Assembly: GCA_018056765.1 (NCBI GenBank)
Contig: JAGPFA010000002.1
Coordinates: 6,590 to 70,589 of the forward strand
Origin: Syntrophaceae bacterium
GTDB taxonomy: Bacteria; Desulfobacterota; Syntrophia; Syntrophales; Smithellaceae
DNA length: 64,000 nucleotides
Direction: 5' to 3'
Position numbers and translations under genes: made by a program. Each line of letters begins with the position of its first letter. The first letter of the stretch is position 1. The notes under the pieces are model-generated. The model worked only from the letters and a program-made list of their open reading frames with translations, had not been told where the DNA came from and did no database searches. Below are positions 36,306 through 44,320 of the stretch, piece after piece.

Positions 36306-36337
36306 AAAAAGGCCGAATTCCGATTCGGCCTTTTTAT
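36306..36337 (+). terminator. rho-independent terminator after the atpE / Cache gene pair
   Basis: AAAAAGGCCGAAT-TCCG-ATTCGGCCTTTTTATTT. Confidence 0.8.
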
Positions 36338-36342
36338 TTACC

Positions 36343-36371
36343 TTGACAACAACAACTTTTTTCCTGATGAT
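36343..36371 (+). promoter_or_regulatory. candidate sigma70 promoter for the small membrane-protein pair
   Basis: TTGACA, 17 nt spacer, GATGAT, directly after the terminator. Confidence 0.35.
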
Positions 36372-36400
36372 ACGTGGCATCTTGCTTCGAGGAGAACAAA

Positions 36401-36610
36401 ATGAAATTCATCATCAGCCTTTTCCCTATTATCCATGTAATAGTAATTCTGGCCGGTATCGTCCTGCTTGTTTTTGTAAAGAAAAAATACCCCCGGGTTC
36501 GTAACCTCGAACTCATCGCCGTATTTATTCTTTTCATTATTCTGGTGCTTATTTTCACTGAGCCCGGCATGGATTTTCTAAAAAGACTGATCAGCTACTT
36601 ACAGGTGTGA
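36401..36610 (+). CDS. small two-helix membrane protein (69 aa), unknown function
   Basis: The ATG has a GGAGA RBS. Two long hydrophobic stretches are separated by 'KKKYPRVRN'. Confidence 0.4.
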   Translation: MKFIISLFPIIHVIVILAGIVLLVFVKKKYPRVRNLELIAVFILFIILVLIFTEPGMDFLKRLISYLQV

Positions 36611-36655
36611 CACCCTGATTCGCCACCGGCTTTCCTGTGACCAGAGAGTAACGAA

Positions 36656-36907
36656 TTGACCACTCCACAAGAAGATAAACCAAGTAAGAAACGCCAGAAT
36701 TTCTCGCAACTCAACAGCATCGTGGTTTTGTCAGCCTGGGGGCTGGCTATGGTTGCCTCATCTTTTCTTTTCCTGTACCTGGGCTATCTGGTCGATGAGA
36801 TTCTGGGAACAACTCCTAATTTTATGCTGGCGTCCTTTATGCTGGCCGTAGGTCTTTGTGTCTGGCGGCTTTATAAAGAGGCGAAAAAGCGGGGCCTCGG
36901 CATGTGA
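36656..36907 (+). CDS. AtpZ/AtpI-family small membrane protein (ATP synthase 'gene 1'-like)
   Basis: 'FLFLYLGYLVDEILGTTPNFMLASFMLAVGLCVWRLYKEAKK' fits the two-helix AtpZ pattern (GxxLD..LGT.P...L.....G......Y). The TTG start is uncertain. Confidence 0.5.
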   Translation: MTTPQEDKPSKKRQNFSQLNSIVVLSAWGLAMVASSFLFLYLGYLVDEILGTTPNFMLASFMLAVGLCVWRLYKEAKKRGLGM

Positions 36908-36915
36908 AAAACAGG

Positions 36916-37288
36916 CCGGAGAAGATCATAAGCCGGGTTCTGTTCCACGCCCGGGTTGCCCCTGACACGGTGATGATCATTCCTCTGGGACGCAGATTGC
37001 CCTGCGCCTCTAGCGACACTACCCGGGAACATCAGACGGGCCGCCTTCAAACGTCCCCCTATTTGGTCTTGCTCCGGATGGGGTTTACCATGCCTTTTCC
37101 GTCACCGGAAAAGCGGTGAGCTCTTACCTCGCCTTTTCACCCTTACCCGCCTGGGGCGGGCGGTATGTTTTCTGTGGCACTTTCCCTGGGGTCACCCCCG
37201 GTCGCCGTTAGCGACCATCCTGCCCTGCGGAGCCCGGACTTTCCTCGAACAGCTCATGGCTGCCCGCGATCATCTGATCTTCTCCGAC
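36916..37288 (-). ncRNA. rnpB: RNase P RNA, bacterial type A
   Basis: The minus strand contains GAGGAAAGTCCGGGCTC (P4 5' strand) and ACAGAACCCGGCTTA (P4 3' strand). The P1 stem CGGAGAAGATCA/TGATCTTCTCCG defines the ends, giving about 373 nt. Confidence 0.9.
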
Positions 37289-37296
37289 CTACTTTG

Positions 37297-37325
37297 ATAA
37301 TACTAATGTTCGGGATTACTTGCAA
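37297..37325 (-). promoter_or_regulatory. sigma70 promoter of rnpB
   Basis: On the minus strand, TTGCAA, 17 nt spacer, TATTAT. The -10 ends about 8 nt before the predicted RNA 5' end. Confidence 0.55.
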
Positions 37326-37366
37326 GAAATCTCCGCGCAGCTCCATCCGCGCAACACAAAGAACAT

Positions 37367-37449
37367 CCTTATCCTTTATCCTTTATCCTTTATCCTTTAT
37401 CCTTTAGCCTTTAGCCTTTAGCCTTTATCCTTTAGCCTTTAGCCTTCAT
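37367..37449. repeat. heptanucleotide tandem repeat, about 12 units of CCTTTAT/CCTTTAG
   Basis: Read directly: CCTTAT, CCTTTAT x4, CCTTTAG x3, CCTTTAT, CCTTTAG x2, CCTTCAT. It overlaps the stop codon of the RNase HI gene. Confidence 0.95.
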
Positions 37450-37852
37450 GCTCATCAATCGCCCGGTTGGCAAGCTTGTCGGCCAGTTCATTGTGACAAC
37501 GACGGACATGCCGGACATCGGCGGTTTCAAAGGAAGCAATCAGGTCGCGGACTTCCCGCATCAGGATTTTCAATTTCTCGTTTTTAACCTTGTACGAGCC
37601 GTTGATTTGGTTGGCAAGCAGTTCGGAATCAAGAAACACCTCCAGTCGGGCGACCCCCTGCGCCAGCGCCCCTTTTAACCCAAGAATCAGCGCCTTGTAT
37701 TCGGCAATATTGTTTGTGCAGTGGCCTAAATACTCACTTCCCTCCCAAAGCACCTGTCCATCATCGTCGATGATAACCGCACCTGCGCCGCCGATACCGG
37801 GATTACCACGACAGGCGCCGTCGCTGAAAAGTTTAACTGTTTTATTGTCCAT
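37439..37852 (-). CDS. rnhA: ribonuclease HI-family protein (137 aa)
   Basis: 'LFSDGACRGNPGIGGAGAVI', 'TNNIAEYKALILGL', 'FLDSELLANQI' and 'RRCHNELADKLAN' supply the DEDD-type residues. The start was moved to the ATG at 37852, because the longer ORF overlaps the upstream gene. Confidence 0.8.
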   Translation of the reverse strand: MDNKTVKLFSDGACRGNPGIGGAGAVIIDDDGQVLWEGSEYLGHCTNNIAEYKALILGLKGALAQGVARLEVFLDSELLANQINGSYKVKNEKLKILMREVRDLIASFETADVRHVRRCHNELADKLANRAIDEHEG

Positions 37853-37863
37853 ATTGCTATTTT

Positions 37864-38583
37864 CTATGCGGACGTGTCCTGAGCTTGAAAATACATAATC
37901 CGGTGGCAGCTCGGACAGCTCAGCAGATCGCTGGATCGCTGCAGTTCGTTGTACAGCTGCGGCGGTATGTTCATATGACAGCCGCTGCAAACTGCCTTCC
38001 AGACTGGAATGACACCTACGCCCTGGTTGCGCTTTCTTATTTTCTCATAAAGTGCCAGGAGATCCTCCGGAATATTCTTTTGCAGTGCCGACCTTTTCCT
38101 GTTCCATTCGTCAGATTCCGCGTCAAATGAACTGAGCTTCTCTTCAATTATTTTTTTATCATCCAGATAATTTTTTTCGGCCTGCTTTAATGTTTCCTGG
38201 TCCTGTTTCACCTGTACGGAAAGCTCGTCCATCTCCTCCAGCAATATAATGATCTGCGACTCCAATCCGCCCAAAGATGTTTCGGCTGTTTCAATTTCCT
38301 TGAGCATCGCCTGGTATTCTTTGTTGGTTTTCACATCGAGGAGCTTTTCTTTTGACCTGGCCATCGCCTCGCTTATTTTCTTAACTTTCAATTCATTCTC
38401 TTCGCGTTGAGTTTTGAGCTTCTCATATCTCATCGCGCTTTGTGAGATGCTTTCTTTGAAGCGCTGGAATTCCTCGTCAATTTTCTGAAGCTTTTCCGGT
38501 AAGCTGTTTTTTTTAGCCGACAGCCCGGCCAGCATAGAGTCACATTCCTGCAGACGGATAAGCAGCGATAATTTCTCGTTCAA
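37864..38583 (-). CDS. coiled-coil protein with a C-terminal C4 zinc ribbon (COG1579-like)
   Basis: A long heptad-rich body ends with 'CSGCHMNIPPQLYNEL....LLSCPSCHRIMY'. Confidence 0.7.
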   Translation of the reverse strand: MNEKLSLLIRLQECDSMLAGLSAKKNSLPEKLQKIDEEFQRFKESISQSAMRYEKLKTQREENELKVKKISEAMARSKEKLLDVKTNKEYQAMLKEIETAETSLGGLESQIIILLEEMDELSVQVKQDQETLKQAEKNYLDDKKIIEEKLSSFDAESDEWNRKRSALQKNIPEDLLALYEKIRKRNQGVGVIPVWKAVCSGCHMNIPPQLYNELQRSSDLLSCPSCHRIMYFQAQDTSA

Positions 38584-38684
38584 CCATCTTCTCCTTTTCT
38601 GTTGTTGTGTTGCGCGCCTGTAATTCCAGTCCTGCCGGCAAAATATCAGAACACTTCTTTTTCTGAAAGCCGGCGGCTGCTAAA

Positions 38685-38716
38685 TAAAAAATGCACCTTT
38701 TAAGGGTGCATTTTTG
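38685..38716 (-). terminator. rho-independent terminator downstream of tRNA-Met (end of the dnaG-rpoD-tRNA unit)
   Basis: ATGCACC-loop-GGTGCAT hairpin with an A-run and a T-run on either side. The minus strand reads hairpin then TTTTTTATTT. Confidence 0.65.
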
Positions 38717-38867
38717 AAAAAAGCCGAATGTGAGCTTCAACCTGCGTGCCGAGACATGACCATCCGCTGCGCCCGGGCACGGCAATATGGCTACCTGCAG
38801 TATCGCAACAACTCCTTGCTGTTAGAAAAAACATACTCTCCATAAGGATGCTCACTTCCGCGGAATT

Positions 38868-38943
38868 TGGTGGGCCCACCTGGGATCGAACCAGGGACCT
38901 ACCGGTTATGAGCCGGTGGCTCTACCAACTGAGCTATAGGCCC
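38868..38943 (-). tRNA. tRNA with anticodon CAU (elongator Met, or Ile2 if lysidine-modified)
   Basis: Cloverleaf folded by hand. Acceptor GGGCCTA/TGGGCCC. Anticodon stem ACCGG/CCGGT with loop CUCAUAA. T-arm CCTGG-TTCGATC-CCAGG. Encoded CCA. It lacks initiator features. Confidence 0.88.
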
Positions 38944-39079
38944 GCCCATTTTCTTGTGTGCGGGTTTAACCAATGCCTGACGCATGGCGCGGTGCCAACA
39001 CACCCATCAATCCGCAGTCTTCTGATCGAACCGGCATCAAGGTTCGTTGAAATATACCCAATCACACCGGTTGTCAACT

Positions 39080-40828
39080 CTATTTTGACGCGCGCCTGCG
39101 GGTAGAGCTGGTTGTTTTCACAGGCGGCTCGTCTTCATCGAGTTCCGGTACCTCCTCATACGGCTCTGTCTGATCCTCAATGATGCCTTCTTCAAGACCA
39201 GCAACCGCCATGCGATCGCTGATGCCGAACCTCATTCGTAAAACCTTCTCTTCCCGCGGCGTTAATGTAGAAAGAATTTTACGTGTCTGAGCGGCCAGAT
39301 CCATACTGATTGTCGCCTCCGAAGGTGACATGATCTTTTTGTCTTCGATAAAATCGCCCAGATGGCTGTCTTCCTCCTCACCAATCGGAGTTTCCAGGGA
39401 AATAGGCTCTTTTGCGATTTTCAGGACTTTGCGTACTTTTTCCAGAGGGAACTCCATTTTGTCGGCAATCTCCTCCGGGGTAGGTTCGCGCCCCAGTTCC
39501 TGAACAAGGTAGCGGGAAGTCCGAATCAGTTTATTGATGGTTTCGATCATATGCACGGGGATCCGAATAGTGCGCGCCTGATCGGCGATAGCGCGCGTAA
39601 TGGCCTGCCTGATCCACCATGTCGCATAAGTCGAGAACTTGTAGCCACGCTGGTATTCAAATTTGTCAACGGCTTTCATCAGGCCGATATTGCCCTCCTG
39701 GATCAGATCAAGAAACTGCAGGCCGCGGTTGGTGTATTTCTTCGCAATACTCACGACAAGACGTAAGTTGGCCTCCACCAGTTTTCTTTTAGCCAGCTCC
39801 GCCTTTGTCTCGCCTTCCTCAATGGACTCGACGACACTTTTTAAGGTCGAAGTGGGAATGCCCACTTCTTTGGCGATATGTTTGATACGCTTTTGCGCCT
39901 CGGTAACCGCCTGCTTGCTGCGGTGCAGCCATTCGACAGTCACTTTTGCTTCTTTGGCGACTTTTTTCTCCTCCTGGCTTGATTTTCTCATTCTGGACCA
40001 GGCTTTTTCCATCTGGGTGAGCGTCATGCCCGATTCTTTTTTGTATTGATTGATCACCCGTTCCGATTTCTCTATTTCATCAGCCAAAAAGCGAAGTTGC
40101 GTGATGAAGCGGTGCATCTGCTTCTTATTGAAGCGAATTTTTCGGCATAACGTAATGATGTTTTTAGAGTTTTTGGCCTGTTCCGCCGTCAGGGTCTCGC
40201 GCTGTTTGGGGCGCATGGTTTTAGATTTAAGTTTTTCACGAAGCTTTTCATTACGGTCATTGAACATCTTGATTCTCTCGATAAGACGAAGCACCCGGTC
40301 CTTGTGCTCATCATCGTCGAGGAATCCTTCTTCTCCTTCAATATTGTCTACAATACTTTTAATACGAATCTCATCCGTCGCCAACTTCTCGCCGATGTTG
40401 ATGACTTCCTCGATGGAAACGGGCAGACTGAAAATAGCCCACATGGTCTCGCGGGCTCCCTCTTCGATTTTTTTCGCTATCTCTACCTCTCCCTCCCGGC
40501 TCAAAAGCGATACCAGGCCCATTTCACGTAAATACATTTTAACCGGATCGCCTGTTTTACCTGCCGCGGGAGCCAAAGTCATCATTTCAGAAAACTTGGC
40601 TGACAGACTGTCGTCCGCCGGTTTTTTTACCACTAGTTTTTCACCCTGTTCCGTATCGATGATATCAATGTTCTTCTCACCGAATAACATAATGATTTCA
40701 TCTATCTGGTCCGATGAATTTATATCAGGCGGCAGCAGTTCATTGACATCGTCATAGGTTAAAAACCCCTTTTGCTCCCCCAGCGAAAGTAACTTTTTGA
40801 ATTCATCAGACTGAAGTTCTTTGGCCAT
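39080..40828 (-). CDS. rpoD: primary RNA polymerase sigma factor RpoD, with an aberrant C-terminus (region 4.2 not recognisable)
   Basis: Regions 1.2-4.1 are intact ('[63 protein letters not shown]', '[15 protein letters not shown]'). After 'MRFGI' the sequence is acidic and unrelated to 'TLEEVG..F.VTRERIRQIE.KALRKLRHP'. Confidence 0.88.
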   Translation of the reverse strand: MAKELQSDEFKKLLSLGEQKGFLTYDDVNELLPPDINSSDQIDEIIMLFGEKNIDIIDTEQGEKLVVKKPADDSLSAKFSEMMTLAPAAGKTGDPVKMYLREMGLVSLLSREGEVEIAKKIEEGARETMWAIFSLPVSIEEVINIGEKLATDEIRIKSIVDNIEGEEGFLDDDEHKDRVLRLIERIKMFNDRNEKLREKLKSKTMRPKQRETLTAEQAKNSKNIITLCRKIRFNKKQMHRFITQLRFLADEIEKSERVINQYKKESGMTLTQMEKAWSRMRKSSQEEKKVAKEAKVTVEWLHRSKQAVTEAQKRIKHIAKEVGIPTSTLKSVVESIEEGETKAELAKRKLVEANLRLVVSIAKKYTNRGLQFLDLIQEGNIGLMKAVDKFEYQRGYKFSTYATWWIRQAITRAIADQARTIRIPVHMIETINKLIRTSRYLVQELGREPTPEEIADKMEFPLEKVRKVLKIAKEPISLETPIGEEEDSHLGDFIEDKKIMSPSEATISMDLAAQTRKILSTLTPREEKVLRMRFGISDRMAVAGLEEGIIEDQTEPYEEVPELDEDEPPVKTTSSTRRRASK

Positions 40829-40856
40829 TTGGCTTCCCCCGAATTTTTATTGTCGT

Positions 40857-42617
40857 TTATTGTAATTGCTTCTCTTGTCTTATTAAATCCTGCTTTTGGA
40901 AAGTCAACTCGCGTATCATTTCCTCGTCACCATCTTCCTGAGCCTGCCTTAACTGATGCTGAAGCAGGCGTTTTTTTTCTCTGTACCACTTTTCTTTTAT
41001 CCGGCGGATATTGTCTGCGAAATTACGCCCTACCATATTCTCATCGGTCGGAGGGGCCTCGATACTTAATTTATAAATCATGTCTTTGAGCGGTTTGTCC
41101 GCATCCGTAGGCAGGAGCACCTGTAGATCTATAAAACCAAGCAGTTTATAGGTCTGAATCATTTTTGCCCCCAAATCCTTCAGCTGCTCATCGAGAAATA
41201 AATCAATAATTTCTTCGCTCTCCACAAGCAAGATATTTTGCGGATACTCAAGCATCAAACGAATCAGGTTGACCTCAAGAGCGCTCCTGCCCGTTTGTGC
41301 CGTCTGACCGGGGCTGCCCTGGGCCGGCCTTGTGCGGCTTGTTTTTCGATAAGCTTCTTTTTTCAATAAAGCCTGATCTATCCCCAATTTCTCGGATATC
41401 CGTTTAATGAAGAGATTCCTTTCCAGACCATCTCCGATTTTTTCCAGGAACTCCATCGCTGTCTTGAGCAGATCACGGTTTTCCTCAAAAGTTTTGCCGT
41501 CTCCCAGGACATTGTCAATATAATAATCACTGACTGTGGGGGCGGCGGCAATCAAAGCAGCCATTTTTTCTTTTCCATGTTTTTTGACAAATTCATCCGG
41601 GTCGCTGCCATCAGGCAGTACCAGCGCACGTGCGCGCATATTGGCGGCCAAAAACAGCTCCAGAGCCCGGTCGAGTGCCCGGCGCCCCGCCTCGTCCGGA
41701 TCGAACAAGGCGACCACGTCCTTGGTGTAGCGACGCAAAAGATCCAGATGTTCTCTGGTCAGAGCCGTTCCCAGGGTCGCCACCACATTGCGTATACCGG
41801 CATCCCACAAAGATATAACGTCGAAGTATCCTTCCACGATCAGGCAAAAACCTTCCTGTCGGATCGCCTCTCTGGCCCTGTTCAGTCCGTATAAATTTTT
41901 CCCTTTGGTATAGACTGATGATTCCGGTGAGTTTAGGTATTTCGGTTCGCCACGGCCAATGATTCTGCCGCCGAATGCGATCACCTCGCCGAAAACATTC
42001 TCAATGGGAAAGATCAAACGGCCGCGAAAGCGATCATAGAAGCCTTCTTCCCTGCCGGCAACGACCAATCCCGCCTGCTCGGCCAGTTTCAAGGACAGTC
42101 CGCCCCCTTCCAGATGATCAGCAAGAGATCTCCATCTATCCGGCGCGTATCCCAGCCTGAATTGCCTGGAAACCTCTTCCGTTAAAGAGCGTGCCTGCAG
42201 GTAATCGCGGGCGGCCTTGCCCTCCGGTGACGAGAGATTACCGGCAAACCAATTAGCAGCCCTGAGGTTAATTCCGATAATGTCGTCGCGTTTTTCATCT
42301 TTATCGCCGCCCCGACCAAAAGTCCTGACCGGAAGAGTAACACCCGTTTTTTCCGCCAGATGACGAATAGCCTCAGGAAAACTCATGTCGGCAATTTTCA
42401 TCAGCAGCGTGATGGCATTGCCTCCTTCTCCACATCCGAAACAGTAAAAAATCTGTTTTTCACGATTAACGGTAAAGGAGGGGGTTTTTTCCTGGTGAAA
42501 AGGGCAGAGTCCCAGATAATTTCTGCCTGCTTTTTTTAACGTCAGGTACTCGCCCGCGAGTTCGACAATATCCACCCTGCTTTTAATCTCTTCAATCTTG
42601 CTGTCGTCAAAACGCAC
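40857..42617 (-). CDS. dnaG: DNA primase
   Basis: Zinc finger 'GLCPFHQEKTPSFTVNREKQIFYCFGCGEGGN'. TOPRIM 'LIVEGYFDVISL' and 'ALFDPDEAG'. Confidence 0.92.
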   Translation of the reverse strand: MRFDDSKIEEIKSRVDIVELAGEYLTLKKAGRNYLGLCPFHQEKTPSFTVNREKQIFYCFGCGEGGNAITLLMKIADMSFPEAIRHLAEKTGVTLPVRTFGRGGDKDEKRDDIIGINLRAANWFAGNLSSPEGKAARDYLQARSLTEEVSRQFRLGYAPDRWRSLADHLEGGGLSLKLAEQAGLVVAGREEGFYDRFRGRLIFPIENVFGEVIAFGGRIIGRGEPKYLNSPESSVYTKGKNLYGLNRAREAIRQEGFCLIVEGYFDVISLWDAGIRNVVATLGTALTREHLDLLRRYTKDVVALFDPDEAGRRALDRALELFLAANMRARALVLPDGSDPDEFVKKHGKEKMAALIAAAPTVSDYYIDNVLGDGKTFEENRDLLKTAMEFLEKIGDGLERNLFIKRISEKLGIDQALLKKEAYRKTSRTRPAQGSPGQTAQTGRSALEVNLIRLMLEYPQNILLVESEEIIDLFLDEQLKDLGAKMIQTYKLLGFIDLQVLLPTDADKPLKDMIYKLSIEAPPTDENMVGRNFADNIRRIKEKWYREKKRLLQHQLRQAQEDGDEEMIRELTFQKQDLIRQEKQLQ

Positions 42618-42672
42618 GAATGATCGCCTTACCCCTCAGATTTTGATGGACCAAGTCCGGGCAGACATGCCC

Positions 42673-43119
42673 TCACTGAGACAGAAGCGCTTTCACTTTT
42701 TCGCCGGCGGCTTTACCGTCCGCCCTGCCGGCGATCTTCGGCATCAGTGCTTTCATAACCTTGCCCATGTCCTTTGCCGAAACGGCACCTGTTTCGGCGA
42801 TAAGCTCCCTGATGAGTGCCTCCACCTCCTCTTCCGTCATCTGGGCCGGCATGAATGACTGGAGAACTTTCAGCTCCGCCTCCTCTTTTTCTACCAGATC
42901 CTGCCGGCCACCCCTGGCAAACTGCTCAATGGAGTCTTTTCTCTGTTTGACCATCTGCGACAAAATCTGCATCGACTCCGCCTCATTGGGCACACGCGCC
43001 AGGTCTATTTCCTTATTGTGCAAAGCGGTTTTCAACATCCTGAGCGCTGAGAGCGTAACTTTGTCCCTCGCCTTTGCCGCCGCCACCATTTGTTGTTCAA
43101 TTTTGACATTCAATTCCAT
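42673..43119 (-). CDS. GatB/YqeY domain-containing protein
   Basis: 'MVAAAKARDKVTLSALRMLKTALHNKEID' and '..GAVSAKDMGKVMKALMPKIAGRADGKAAGEKVKALL'. The start was set at the internal ATG at 43119. Confidence 0.8.
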   Translation of the reverse strand: MELNVKIEQQMVAAAKARDKVTLSALRMLKTALHNKEIDLARVPNEAESMQILSQMVKQRKDSIEQFARGGRQDLVEKEEAELKVLQSFMPAQMTEEEVEALIRELIAETGAVSAKDMGKVMKALMPKIAGRADGKAAGEKVKALLSQ

Positions 43120-43129
43120 CTTGCACCTC

Positions 43130-43474
43130 TTACCCGAGTTGATCTTCCAGTTTTCTTCCGGCCAGCAGATGCATGTGCAGGTGAAACACAACCTGGCCTC
43201 CATCGGAGTTGCAGTTGATTACCGTTCGAAAACCGTTTGCGGCAACCCGCTTGATTTCAGCGACTTTTTGTGAGGCCCGCACCATTTGCGTGACGATTTC
43301 CAGCTGGCCGGCCGCCACATCCATTAAAGTGGGAATGTGAATCTTGGGAATAATGACCACATGTACCGGCGCCATGGGCTGAATATCGTCAAAAGCCAGC
43401 ACCGTATCGTCTTCATAAACTTTCGAGCAGGGGATTTCTCCCCGGGCAATTTTACAAAAGATACAATCAGACAT
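43130..43474 (-). CDS. HIT-family (histidine triad) nucleotide hydrolase
   Basis: 'CIFCKIARGEIP', 'APVHVVIIPK' and the 'HLHMHLL' histidine triad. Confidence 0.85.
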   Translation of the reverse strand: MSDCIFCKIARGEIPCSKVYEDDTVLAFDDIQPMAPVHVVIIPKIHIPTLMDVAAGQLEIVTQMVRASQKVAEIKRVAANGFRTVINCNSDGGQVVFHLHMHLLAGRKLEDQLG

Positions 43475-43489
43475 ATCTCCCTCCTGCTT

Positions 43490-44221
43490 CTATGATTTCT
43501 CTTTTGCTTTTGCGATGGCCTCCACAAGCCCGATCGCTCCCGTGTACAAAGCGCGGCCGATGATCACTCCGTAGAAAGAACAGTCACGAACAGCCAAAAG
43601 CCTGTCGATATCCGCCAGCGTCGCCACGCCGCCGGAGGCGATGACCGGGACAGACACGGCCCGCGCCAGCGCCCTTGTTTGCTCCACGTTCACTCCCGTT
43701 TCCATGCCGTCGCGCTGTATATCTGTATAAACAATGGCCATAATATCACAGTCCGCAAACTGTTCGGCTAGATCAATCGCGTTTTGGCCTGTTTTTTGCG
43801 TCCAACCATGAACCGCTACCTGCCCCTCCAGTGCATCGATGCCCAGAATGATTTTTCCCGGATATTTATTTGTCGCCTGCCGGACAAATTCTTCATCCAA
43901 AACGGCGGCTGTCCCGAGAATCACGTTGGCCACGCCATTTTCCAGGTAGTGGCTGATCGTTTCCATATTACGGATGCCACCTCCCACTTCGACCGGCACT
44001 CCGACAGTTTGGGCGATCTCCAATATGACGGGTGCGTTCTTCGGCAAACCGGCAACAGATCCGTTCAAATCCACAATGTGGATTCTTTCCGCCCCTTCTT
44101 GAGCCCAGCGACGGGCCATGTCTACGGGATTGTCACAATAGACGGTAACACGTTCAAAGTCGCCCTGTGCCAGGCGGACACACTGACCGTTTTTTATGTC
44201 GACAGCGGGAATAATGATCAA
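43490..44221 (-). CDS. hisA: ProFAR isomerase (HisA)
   Basis: 'IIIPAVDIKNGQCVRLAQGDF', 'IHIVDLNGS', 'VEVGGGIR' and 'VIASGGVATLADI'. Confidence 0.9.
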   Translation of the reverse strand: MIIIPAVDIKNGQCVRLAQGDFERVTVYCDNPVDMARRWAQEGAERIHIVDLNGSVAGLPKNAPVILEIAQTVGVPVEVGGGIRNMETISHYLENGVANVILGTAAVLDEEFVRQATNKYPGKIILGIDALEGQVAVHGWTQKTGQNAIDLAEQFADCDIMAIVYTDIQRDGMETGVNVEQTRALARAVSVPVIASGGVATLADIDRLLAVRDCSFYGVIIGRALYTGAIGLVEAIAKAKEKS

Positions 44222-44320
44222 GTCAAAAGACTCCGTTGTAAAATAATTAAATTACGACAAGCAACCCGTTAATCATGATTAAGTGCGTCGGCTTTTGGAA
44301 CCGTCAAAGCCGATACAAAG

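Noticed and set aside
37367-37449. Possible CRISPR array.
   Set aside because: The units are 7 bp and contiguous, with no spacers, and there are no cas genes. It is a microsatellite.
38746-39105. 119-aa plus-strand ORF.
   Set aside because: It runs straight through the tRNA-Met gene on the opposite strand and through the rpoD 3' flank. It has no coding signal.
38946-39260. A frameshift or displaced exon that would restore RpoD region 4.2.
   Set aside because: I translated the other two minus-strand frames across this stretch and found no 'TRERIRQIE / LRKLRHP'-like segment, so a simple single frameshift does not rescue it. The anomaly is kept as a finding, with assembly error as an open alternative.
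40050-40757. 235-aa Ser-rich plus-strand ORF.
   Set aside because: It is antisense to rpoD and is a low-complexity shadow ORF.
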